Assembly: GCF_035084215.1 (NCBI RefSeq)
Contig: NW_027139442.1
Location: 2,294,001 to 2,358,000, forward strand
Length of the DNA stretch: 64,000 bases
Direction: 5' to 3'
From: Heptranchias perlo
Lineage: Eukaryota
Both the position numbers and the translations under genes were made by a program. The notes under the pieces were generated by a model. The model did no database searches. It was given only the letters and a program-made list of their open reading frames with translations, and was not told where the DNA came from. Positions 12,966-24,100 of the stretch are shown piece after piece (the stretch's first letter is position 1; every line of letters begins with the position of its first letter).

Positions 12966-13274
12966 CGGCGCCGGGCGGATGATGATGGCGGTCTCCGGCC
13001 GGCCGGCGGGCGGGGACTGCTTTGGGCGGGGCGAGGCCGACAGAGGGAGGGCCCGCACCCGGGGAGTGTGCTGAGAGGCGAGAGCGGGGGGGGGGGGGTG
13101 GGGGGGTGGTGGGGTGGTAATGGGGAGACGGGCGGAGTTACTCGCGCCTTCCTGCGGGCCCCGTGAATCTCCACTCTGGCAGCGCCCGGTGTCCAGCTGG
13201 GCTCGGGGGGCAGTCACTCTGCCGCCTCCAAGTCAAACGGGCCGTGGGTCGGAGACAAAAGTGAGCGAGATTCA

Positions 13275-13830
13275 AACAGCACATAGAGAGGCCGCTCGGC
13301 CTATCGCGCCTGTGCCGGCTCTGTGAAAGATGCCGCTCGGCCCATTGCGCCTGTGCCGGCTCTGTGTAAGTGGCCGCTCGGCCCAGCGCGACCGTGCCGG
13401 CTCAGTGAAAGAGCGATCCCATTAGTCCCACTCCCCTGCTCTTTCCCCACAGTCCCGCAAATTTCCCCCCTTCAAGGATTGATCCGATTCCCTTTTGAAA
13501 GTTATTATTGAAACTGTTCCCACCGCCCTTTTACGCAATGAATTCCAGATCAGAACAACTCGCTGGCTAAAAACATTCTCCTCACCTCCCTCTGGCTCTT
13601 TTCCCAATTCCCTTCAATCTGTGTCCTCTGGTTACCGACCCTCTCGCCAGTGGCAACAGTTTCTCCCCATCTAATACATCGAAACCCCTCCTCATTTTGA
13701 ACCCCTCTATTTAATCTCCCCTTTACTGTCTCTGTCCAAGGAGAACAATTCCAGCTTCTCCAGTCTCTCCACGTAACTGAAGTCCCTCATCCACGGTACC
13801 ACACTGGTCAATCCCCCCTTAACCTTCTCT
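13275..13830 (-). mobile_element. CR1 LINE 3' fragment with a local 41-bp triplication (13291-13410)
   Basis: Minus ORF FSQRVVLIWNSL (CR1 ORF2 C-terminus); GCCGCTCGGCC unit at 13291, 13332, 13373. Confidence 0.8.
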
Positions 13831-14075
13831 GGTCTAAAGAGAGTAATCTCAGCTTCTCTATTCTCTACACATAATTATTATTTTTTATTAAGTGGGTTGT
13901 GCTGGGTATCTGGAAGCTGTAATTCGGTGAGTAGAAAGCAGTGGGAGGATAAGTCTGCAGATTGATTTTGGGAGATGGAGAAGACGGCGATCGTGGATTC
14001 AGACAAGGGAGGGAGGTGGTCTTTGAGACTGCCCGTGCTTTGTTGTACGATCTCTGTGTGTGTCTTCTTTCGCAG

Positions 14076-14193
14076 TTCCCATTTGTACTTGTGACCTGGC
14101 TGTCGGAGTCAGTGAACTCGACTGCTGCTGTGACCCTGACTGTTCCTTCGCGCACATCAATGTCTTCTCCACCTGTCTGCGGGGCAGTGAACC
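14076..14193 (+). pseudogene. TCTN3: Tectonic-family (TCTN3-like) cysteine-rich exon, degenerate and apparently orphan
   Basis: TTCTTTCGCAG acceptor and GTAAGT donor; phase 1 reads PICTCDLAVGVSELDCCCDPDCSFAHINVFSTCLRGSE, matching the Tectonic CxCDLx4CDxNCCCDxDC motif with one Cys>Ser; VFSxCLxGS favours TCTN3 (recall). Confidence 0.75.
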
Positions 14194-14423
14194 GTAAGTT
14201 TCTGTTCGTGTGTTACTACATTGGCTCCCGTTCTGGCAATGCCTCGATTTTATAATCCGCATCCTTGTGTTCAAAACCCTCCATGGTCGTCGCCCCCTCC
14301 CTATCTCTGTAACCTCCTCCAACTGTTTTTCATCACTTCTGACAACCCCATGTCACTCCACCCTATCATCGAATCGACCCCACCCATTTATCTCCTCCAC
14401 ACCCCATGTGCATTCTCAGAACC

Positions 14424-15680
14424 GTCAGTGCTGGGACATTCATTCCTGTTATACACACTGTTAGCGCTGGGACACTCAGCCCTGTTACTCACACAGTCAA
14501 TGCTGGGACATTCATTCCTGTTATACACACTGTCAGTGGTGGGAAACTCAGTCCTGTTACTCACACAGTCAATGCTGGGACACTCAGTCCTGTTATACAC
14601 ACTGTTAGCGCTGGGACACTCAGCCCTGTTACTCACACAATCAATGCTGGGACACTCAGTCCTGTTACTCACACAGTCAATGCTGGGACACTCAGTCCTG
14701 TTACTCACACAGTCAATGCTGGGACCCTCAGCCCTGTTACTCACACAGTCAATGCTGGGACACTCAGTCCTGTTATGCACACTGTCAGCGCTGGGGCACT
14801 AGCCCTGTTACTCACACAGTCAATGCTGGGACACTCAGTCCTGTTATACACACTGTCAGTGCTGGGACACTCAGTCCTGTTACTCACACAGTCAATGCTG
14901 GGACACTCAGTCCTGTTATACACACTGTCAGTGCTGGGACACTCAGTCCTGTTGTGCACACTGTCAGTGCTGGGACACTCAGTCCTGTTGTGCACACTGT
15001 CAGTGCTGGGACACTCATTCCTGTTGTGCACACTGTCAGTGCTGGGGCACTCAGCCCTGTTACTCACACAGTCAATGCTGGGACACTCAGTCCTGTTATA
15101 CACACTGTCAGTGCTGGGACACTCAGTCCTGTTACTCACACAGTCAATGCTGGTGCACTCAGCCCTGTTACTCACACAGTCAATGCTGGGACATTCAGTC
15201 CTGTTATACACACTGTCAGTGCTGGGACACTCAGTCCTGTTACTCACACAGTCAATGCTGGGACACTCAGTCCTGTTATACACACAGTCAATGCTGGGAC
15301 ACTCAGTCCTGTTATACACACTGTCAGTGCTGGGACACTCTGTCCTGTTGTGCATACTGTCAGTGCTGGGACACTCAATCCTGTTGTGCACACTGTCAGT
15401 GCTGGGACACTCAGTCCTGTTATACACACTGTCAGTGCTGGGACACTCAGTCCTGTTGTGCACACAGTCAATGCTGGGACACTCAGTCCTGTTATACACA
15501 CTGTCAGTGCTGGGACACTCAGTCCTGTTATACACACTGTCAGTGCTGGGACACTCAGTCCTGTTATACACACAGTCAATGCTGGGACACCCAGTTCTGT
15601 TTTCACACTGTCAGCGCTAAGGCACATCAGTCTTGTTATACACACAGTCAGTGCTGGGACGGTCAGTCCTATTGTGCACA
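14424..15680. repeat. 36-bp minisatellite, ~35 copies
   Basis: GTCA(A/G)TGCTGGGACACTCAGTCCTGTTA(C/T)(T/A)CACAC(A/T) unit; 12-aa periodic ORFs in several frames on both strands. Confidence 0.97.
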
Positions 15681-15782
15681 AATAATAAAATCTCCAAGAC
15701 CTGATTGTTTCCACTCTAGGGTATTAAAGAAAACGGGTGGGGAAATTGCAGATGCATTAGTCATAATTTCCCAAAGCTCTCT

Positions 15783-17365
15783 GGAGCCGATAGGATTCCG
15801 CCTGTTTCATGTCCCCGCCTAATTTTACCCCCAGAATGCCTTCGCCATAACTGGAATGAAATTGGTTCATTGATATAACAAAATGGGTTAATAGGAAGTC
15901 GCAGCCCGTTTTACACCGCGCCGGATTTCCTTTCCATTCCTGCCCTGTTCAGTGCATTTAACAGTGAGTTATAAATAGTAAAAAAAAACGGTGAAACCTC
16001 ATGATCTTAAATCGTGCATTAGCAGAAAAAGCTTGTGCGCTTTATCTCTCTTTCCTCTTCCTTCTATGAAAAAGGCGACTCACCCTGGAACACGGTTCTA
16101 ACGGCGGCGCCTTTTCCCCTTCGGCAGAGTGGACACCTTCCATCTCTGAGCTCAGACGTTGTTTGTCCGCGAACAGTTTAACAACAGAAGGTGTGAGCAC
16201 GGAACTTGATAGTGTCCTCAGCCAACATCCACTACTCAGCACTTTACAATCGGAGCCACGGGGTAGCGATAAGCACCGGCGACTCTCTCTGCTTCTCTCT
16301 CCCCGCTAATCGCTCACCTTTTACATAAACATGCACGAGTTGCACTCCCTCACCGTTACCACTGAGAATTCATCACACATAAGTAACCGCTCTGATAGCT
16401 TTCCAATTCAGAGGGCTCCACATCAAACCACGAGTTGATTTTATCCACTTCTCTCCCAGATATCGGATACCGCCAGATTCAGTCCCACTCTCCCGCTTAA
16501 CAGTTGTCCATTCAGCTGCACCACAGTCCGGGAATCCTATACTTTTCATGTAAAACTGTTTCACGATTCAGCAAACAACAGTAAAAAAGCGATTTATCAA
16601 TTTTCTGAAAGGAATACTTTGACACCCTAGAACTGTGAGGAACGGCAAATGAGTCACATGCTCCGCCACTCAAGAGGAACCCGGAATCATTCAAAGACTG
16701 AGAACGGAAAAAGAGGCTGGGAGCAAATCAGTCGGTCTCCACAATGAAGGCAACAACACTGAGTTTTATACAACCTGGAATAACATATGGATTGGAATGT
16801 TGCAAGGGTCCCACATGGCAACGTTTGAATCTTACATAGTGAATTCAGAATTAAGGGGCTAGAATGGAATACATACCCAGAACAACACCGTAAATCATTT
16901 GCTTGGAATAGAATTTTGGCTCACATCATGGTCAGGGACTCCAATGCTGGGAATGAGCCTTTTCCCACTTCAGGTCCTCCGTGCCAGCATCAAACACTCA
17001 AATATCAGGCGCAGCAGAGACAAATGCAATAACCAAGTGCCTCAACCCAAACCTCTGAAGAGCGCCCCCTACTGCGTCGATCAGTTTTTTTTTGTTTCCC
17101 AGAACAACCAAACTTTCGGCTCTTTCAGGGAGACATTGAGAGTGCCGGGTCCTCTGTCAGATTTATGGTCTAATCCATTAAAAAGAAACCGGAATATCCA
17201 GAAACTGGCAGCAATTTAGTCACAGGGAAGTCTGGTATAATGAATGTAAACAGGTATGTTTAATCTGACAGGGATATTCAGTTGGCTTACATTTGGGAAT
17301 GATAAGTTGAAACCTACCCTCTTTAATAAGGACATAGTTGTGTGAGTTAATCAACTAATTATTAG
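15783..17365. repeat. Left arm of inverted duplication 2 (partner 19580-21140)
   Basis: Reverse-complement matches, e.g. 16877-16905 vs 20003-20030, 16490-16560 vs 20355-20430, 15900-15925 vs 20997-21022. Confidence 0.9.
16572..16602 (-). pseudogene. Dead copy of the Ig-receptor leader exon 1
   Basis: Minus strand AGAAAATTGATAAATCGC...TTTTACTGTTGTTTG/CTGAATCG versus AGAAAATGGATACTGTC...TTTTACTGCTGTTTG/GTGAGTCG at 20302-20345: ATG and GT donor both lost. Confidence 0.75.
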
Positions 17366-17549
17366 TGATTTCCTCCAATTATCTCATAGGGTCTTTCAGT
17401 TTTCGCAAATTCCGGATCATTCCACAAGAGTTAAAATAGGCACGGTGAGAGATAAGTCACACTGAATTCAAACACTGCATCGTATTTCCACTAAAGTCGT
17501 GTTATGTTCATTGTACAGAACATTTAGGTTGTAAAATAATGACAATGCA

Positions 17550-17830
17550 CGCCAATACATCCAAAACTCTGCTGCCCGTGTCCTAACCCATATCAACTCC
17601 CGTTCACACATCATCCATGTACTCACTATAGTTACCACCAACTCCTCCAATTTAGAATTCTCATCATCCGGTTCAAATCCCGCCATGGCCTCGTCCCTCC
17701 CAATCCCTGCAGTCTCCTTCAGCCCTATACACCTTCATGGTTCTGTGTAATTGTTGTCTAAATACTACTCCTGTGAAGTGTCGTGGGACATTTTCTTAAA
17801 TTCAAGGCGCTACATCAATGCAAGTTATTG
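17550..17830 (+). mobile_element. L2-like LINE 3' fragment
   Basis: ATCCAAAACTCTGCTGCCCG...TAGAATTCTCATC; similar to 33380-33850 and to inverted 19070-19350. Confidence 0.6.
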
Positions 17831-18329
17831 TTCTTGCCTGTCCCACAATAAAGAACAGTAGCAGAATCTTGTATTTCAGACACGAGATAAGATCTGGAAC
17901 AAAAGATTGTGACGGGCAGATCCAAGGCCATTCCTCTGTGATGCTGAATGTTCTGTCGATGTTGCAGTTTTCGTCGGCCGTCATGATTCGGTAAATTTTA
18001 CCACTTCCCTTCAGCGAACTGGGTTCAACTGTCAAAATACCTTTCACTAACCACCACCCCTCTAAACATGCTGCAATCTCTTTAAATAAGCGTCTTTACA
18101 ATCTGGGGAACATTGTATTCAGCCATCAGATGAAATACGTCAATGGAGACTAAAGAACAGAAAATTTCAGCTGGTGATTGCGAGTGTGATCGGTCAGTTA
18201 CTTTCAAGGTTGAGGCTTTCGTTGTGGTTTGATTCAGCGATACCTCCAATCGCAACAACTATTGATACTTTTTCACTGCAGATGAATAGAGCTTATCTTC
18301 ACATCATTAACAAACAACACGCCTTTCAT

Positions 18330-18855
18330 TCATAGTATCCTAGTAGGTACAGCATAGAAGGAGGCCATTCGGCCCATTTTGCTTCTGCCGGCTCTTTGAA
18401 AGAGACATCCAATTAGCCCCATTCCCCTGCACTGTCCCCATAGTCCTGTATTTTTACCCTTCAAGCATTTATCGAATTCCCTTCTCAAAGTTACCATTGA
18501 ATCTGCTTCCACCGCCCTTTCAGGTAGTGCATTCCAGATCATTACAACTCCCTGCATAAAAACATTTTTCCTCATGTCGCCTCTAGCTCTTTTTTCGACC
18601 ACCTTAAATCTCTGTCCTTTGGTTACCGACCCTTCTGCCACTGGAAATCGTTTCTCCTTATTTACTCTATCAGAACCGTTCATGATCTTGAACACCTCTA
18701 ACAAATCTCCCCTTTACCTTTTCTGTTCCACGGAGAACAACGCCAGCTTCTCCAGTCTCTCCACATAACTGAAGTCCCTCATCCCTCCTACCATTCTGGT
18801 AAATCTCTTCTAAACCCTATCTAAGGCCTTGACATCCTTTCTAAAGTGTGGTTTA
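18330..18855 (-). mobile_element. CR1 LINE 3' fragment
   Basis: LEVFKIMNGSDRVNKEKRFP...GVVMIWNALPERAVEA. Confidence 0.88.
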
Positions 18856-19069
18856 CTTTCAGTTAGTACAGTGTTACAGTTGGTACATAGAGTGAGCTGT
18901 TTGAAATATGTCTAGAAAACTGTATGTGTTTATGTCTAAAAAGAACCCTTAGTTAACAGTTGTGCCAGAAAAGACTATGAAAATCTTTTCGTGACCAACG
19001 TAAAGTAACGTGTATATTAGTGTTAAAATATAGCATAAGTGCAACAGTAGTGCAATAATGGAGGCAGAG

Positions 19070-19350
19070 GTAATGAAATGTTTGGGGAGCGAAGTCAAGA
19101 GCTGAGGGCCTAGACTGCAGAAGACATCGTCGCCAATGTTGGGGCGAAGGGAGATGGAGTTGCTTAAGCGCGGAGAGATTACAGGGATAGGGAGAGGCGA
19201 GGCCTTGGGGGGATTTCAACACGTCGATTAAAATTTTAAAATCGAGGCGTTGGTGGACAAAGAGCCACTGCAGGTCAGCGAGCACGGGTGTGTTGGCTGA
19301 GCAGGTGGAGGTTTGGGTCAGGATACGGGCAACAGAGTTTTGGATGCATT
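19070..19350 (-). mobile_element. L2-like LINE 3' fragment
   Basis: LADLQWLFVHQRLDFKIL (L2 LHWLPV.RI.FK motif). Confidence 0.75.
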
Positions 19351-19579
19351 GGTGTGCATTGTCATTACCCCACAGCCTGCATTACCCTGCATTCCTCCAC
19401 TATCTCGACTCAGCTACAACCTAGCTTCCATTTTCTTAAACAAAGGACATCTGTTCACCTACCTTTCGTTGTTGCTCGAGAAGCTAATGTTTTCGCACAA
19501 AGGTAAACCTGTTTCTCATTCAAATAATCTTTACCGACACAACCCATTTATGGACACTGGCGCTACACAATCAAAACGT

Positions 19580-21140
19580 CTCCTTAATTAAGTGATTTCC
19601 TCACACAATCACGACCGAATTGAAAAGGGTCGAATTCAAATAAGTATGACCAACTGTAAACCAACTCAATTATCGGAGTCAGGTTAACCATACCCGCGTA
19701 AATTCATTATACTAGACTTCCACGTAACTAAATAGCTATCAGTTTTAGATGATCTAATTTATTTTATTCGGCTGGGTCACAACCCTGACTATGACCCTGC
19801 TCCAACAGCATCTCACAGAAAGAGCCCACAGGATCGCTGTTTTGGGAAATAGGGATTGTGTTGAGGCACTTTGTTGTTGCATTTTACTGCACTGCACCTG
19901 GCGTTTAGTTGTTTGTTGCTATTACTGAGTGCCTGAAGTGGGAAAAGATCCCTTCCCAGCACTGGAGTTCTTGACCATGAGGAGTAAACATTCTAATCGA
20001 TCACAAGTGATTTACGGTGTTGTTCTGGGTTCACAGTCCATTCTAATCTCTCCACCCTGTGATCGTTGTATAATATTGAAAGGTTGCCATGTTGGACCCT
20101 TCTATAGTTCCAATCCAGATTTTGTTCCAGGTTGTACAAAATTCTGTACTGTTGCTTTAATTATGGGGACAACCTTACTTTCTCCAGCCTCTGTTTCCGG
20201 TCTCATGATATAAACACTTCCGGATTCCTCCTGCTGCGAGGTCGAACAAGTGACCGAGTCGCCGTTCCTCACACTTCTCACGTCTCAACGTAGCGCCTCT
20301 TAGAAAATGGATACTGTCTCTGTTTTACTGCTGTTTGGTGAGTCGTGAAACTATTTTATACCAAAAGTACAGGATTCCTTGACTGTGGTGCAGCGGAGTG
20401 GACAGATGTAAGCGGGAGACTGGGACTGAGCCCAACGCTGTCCGATCTCCGGCAGCTCAATGGAGAGAAGCAACTCGTAGTTTGGTGTGCAGCCCTTTAG
20501 ACTGGAAAGCTACAGGAGCGGTTATTTGCTTGTGCTCAATTCTCGGTGGGTAACGGTGAGGGAGTGCAACTGGTATTAGTTTCCGGGAAAAGTGAACGGT
20601 ATAAGGCGGAGACAGAAACAGAGAGAGTGCCCTTTGTTGATCGTTAACTCGTGGCCCCGTTATAAAGTGTTGATTCGTGGATGTCCGCTGAGGACACGAT
20701 CAGGGTCCGTGCTCACACCCTCCCGAGTCAAATTGTTCGCGGACAAATAGTGTCTGAGCTCAGACATGAATAGTGTCCGCTCTGCCGAAGGGTAAAACAG
20801 ATCGGTGCCGCCCTTAACATCGTGTTCCAGGAAGTGTGCCCTCCTTCGTAAAATAAAAGTCGCAGTTTTTTTCTGATAATGCCTGATTTAAACTCATGAG
20901 GATTGAAGTTTAACATATTTTCCACTACCGCTTCTATGAAGCAAATGTTAAATTTGCAGCACAGGGCAGGAATGTACCCGATGTGGAAAAGCGCATTCGG
21001 CGCGGTGTAAAACGGGCTGCGATTCGCTATGAGCGAGTGTTACTGGAGAAGGCCAAATTCATCTGGGTTATATCGAAGTCATTCTGGGGTTTAAATTGGA
21101 CATGGACGGGGACTGAAAACAAGTCGGATCGCATCGGCTG
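19580..21140. repeat. Right arm of inverted duplication 2, containing the intact receptor promoter region and exon 1
   Basis: Reverse complement of 15783-17365. Confidence 0.9.
20307..20337 (+). CDS. Receptor exon 1, signal peptide part 1 (MDTVSVLLLF)
   Basis: AAAATGG Kozak context, hydrophobic run, phase-1 donor G/GTGAGT. Confidence 0.75.
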
Positions 21141-24100
21141 CCTGTTAGTCGCCGGCCCGATCCAGGTCCAGGAAAACTGGACGCTTCTTCAGAAGTGGCG
21201 CAGAGCTGAAGTGCATCACGGAGCGGACTCAAATAACTGATTCATTGTGTCTCCTTTTAGTGTTTTTTGGAACTGAGCGGAGCGTTTCTCAAGGTTAGTG
21301 TCGACATTTCTCTTTAAAATAATGACATCGAACAGGTGATGTTCTACACTGCTACATTATTGATTTTGATTTGATGTAAATGAAGTTGATTGCTGCAGCC
21401 GATCGTGTTGTCCTATTGGTAGCGCTAATGCAAGTCTGCATCTCAGCAGTTGTCATTGCGAAGGCAGCAGGGGAGAAGTCGGGGTTACTGACGGTTCACC
21501 CAGATCCTTTCTCTTGTGTGAATTAAACAACTGCACACATCAATCCAGGTGGGCCCGGACCAATGCGCCATTTAATAAGAACATAAGAACATAAGAAATA
21601 GGACCAGGAGTCGGCCAATCGGCCCCTCGAGCCTGCTCCGTCATTAAATAAGATCATGATTGATCTGATCCTAATCTCAAATCTAAATTCTTGTCCAATT
21701 TCCTGCCCGCTCCCTGTAACCCCTAATTCCCTTTACTTCTAGGAAACTGCCTACTTATGTTTTAAGTTTATTTAATGATGAAGCTTCCACAGCTTCCTGG
21801 GGCAGCAAATTCCACAGACCTACTACCCTCTGAGTGAAGAAGTTTCTCCTCATCTCAGTTTTGAAAGAGCAGCCCCTTATTCTAAGATTATGCCCCCTAG
21901 CTCTAGTTTCACCCATCCTTGGGAACATCCATACCGCATCCACCCGATCAAGCCCCTTCACAATCTTATATGTTTCAATAAGATCGCCTCTCATTCTTCT
22001 CAACTCCAGTGAGTAGAGTCCCAATCTACTCAACCTCTCCTCATATGTCCGCCCCCTCATCCCCGGGATTAACCAAGTGAACCTTCTTTGTACTGCCTCG
22101 AGAGCAAGTTTATCTTTTCTTAAGTATGGACACCAAAACTGTATGCAGTATTCCAGGTGCGGTCTCACCAATACCTTATACAACTGCAGCAATACCTCCC
22201 TGTTTTTATATTCTATCCCCCTAGCAATAAAAGCCAACATTCCGTTGGCCTTCTTGAACACCTGCTGCACCTGCATACTAACTTTTTGATTTTCTTGCAC
22301 TGGGATCCCCAGATCCCGTTGTACTGCAGTACTTTCCAGTTTCTCGACATTAAGATGATAACTTGCTCTCTGATTTTTCCTGCCAAAGCGCATAACCTCA
22401 CATTTTCCAATATTGTATTGCATCTGCCAAATCTCCGCCCACTCACCCAGCCTGTCTATATCCCCCTGTAGGTTTCTTGTGTCCTCCTCACTCTTCACTT
22501 TCCCTCCCATCATTGTATCATCTGCAAACTTTGATATGTTACACTCGGTCCCCTCCTCCAAATCGTTAATGTAGGTTGTAAAGAGTTGGGGACCCAGCAC
22601 CGACCCCTGCGGAACACCACTGGCTACTGGTTGCCAGTCCGAGAATGAATCATTCATCCAAACTCTCTACTTCCTGTTAGATAACCAATCCTCCACCCAT
22701 GCCAGAATATTACCCTCAACCCAGTGATTCTTTATCTTGAGCAATTATATTTGATGTGGCACCCTATCGAATGCCTTCTCGAAGTCTAAATAAACTACGT
22801 CCACTGGTTACCCTTTATCCACCCTGTACGTTATGTCCTCAAAGAACTCAAGCAAATTTGTCAGACATGACTTCCCCTTCGTAAAGCCATGCTGACTTTG
22901 ACCTATTAAATTATGTTTATCCAAATGTTCTGCTACTGTCTCCTTAATAATAGACTCCAAAATTTTACCCACCACAGATGTTAGTCTAACTGGTCTATAC
23001 TTTCCAGCCTTCTGCCTACTACCCTTTTTAAATAAGGGTGTTACATTAGCAGTTTTCCAATCTGCCGGGACCTTTGCCGAGTCCAGAGAATTTTGGAAAA
23101 TTATTACCAAAGCATCCACAATCCCGACTGCCACTTCCCTCAAGACCCTAGGATGCAAGCCATCAGGCCCAGGGGATTTATCCGCCTTGAGTCCCATTAA
23201 TTTACTGAATACCAATTCCCGAGTGATTTTAATCGTATTTAGCTCCTCCCCCCGCCAAGAGCCCCCTGTTTGTCCAGTGTTGGGATATTCTTCGTGCCCT
23301 CTACCGTAAAGACTGAAACAAAATATTTGTTTAGCATTCTTGCCATCTCCATGTTTCCCACCATTCATTTCCCTGTCTCATCCTCTGAGGGACCGAAGTT
23401 TGCCTTAGCCACCCTTTTTCTTTTTATCTAACTGTAGAAACTCTTGCTATCTGTTTTTATATTTTTTGCGAATTTATTTTCATAATCTATCTTCCCTTTC
23501 TTAACCAATCCTTTCGTTACTTTTTGCTGTCTTTTGAAGACTTACTAATCTTCTCTCCTCCCACTAAGTTTGGCTACCTTATATGTCATTGTTTTTATTC
23601 GGGTACTATCCTTATTTTTTTTACTTTGCCACGGATGGCTGTCATTTCTTTTACACCCTTTTGTTAACGTTACTTCTTTAGATCAAACCTGTATTCCGCT
23701 TTGTTAGCAAATCCCAGCATTTGGCATCAGTCATACATTGGCTGCATGAATTGAAGGATCAATCTGTCCCCACCCCAGATCGCTCTCCTGCTTCTCTGTG
23801 TTCTTTATTTTCCCCTTTTCCTCTTTGGTGCCTCCCGCTCCCACTCCAATAACCCAAAGCATCACCACTCCTCCGCCTTCCTTCTTACTTTCTATGCTCC
23901 CAGTTTGAATAACTTGAACAAGCCGCAGCCGGCCTTTGTGCCTTTCTTGGTGTTCTCTGCACTGCCTAACGAAGGCCCTGCCTCTCGCTTCATAGGAGCA
24001 GCAACCCGAATGGCCAGCGTGTCTGCTGAGGCCTCATCTCACCAGCCAACTTCCCGTCCGACTCATGGTACCATATAGCATCATAACGTTGTACTGCACA

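Larger units (their letters stand above)
10276..13068. repeat. Right arm of inverted segmental duplication 1
   Basis: Reverse complement of 5268-8890 minus the LINE insert, ~6400-6590 and ~8535-8748. Confidence 0.92.

Noticed and set aside
14221-15714. Long ORFs (up to 404 aa) with 12-aa periodicity
   Set aside because: By-product of the 36-bp minisatellite; open in several frames on both strands, with no splice or domain context.
21450-21470. Alternative 21-nt FcR-type leader mini-exon (VVIAKAA)
   Set aside because: Followed by GG rather than GT and has a weak pyrimidine tract; 21261-21293 has canonical sites.
21755-23368. Reverse transcriptase ORFs as a host gene or active element
   Set aside because: Standard CR1 ORF2, broken between the two ORFs and 5'-truncated.
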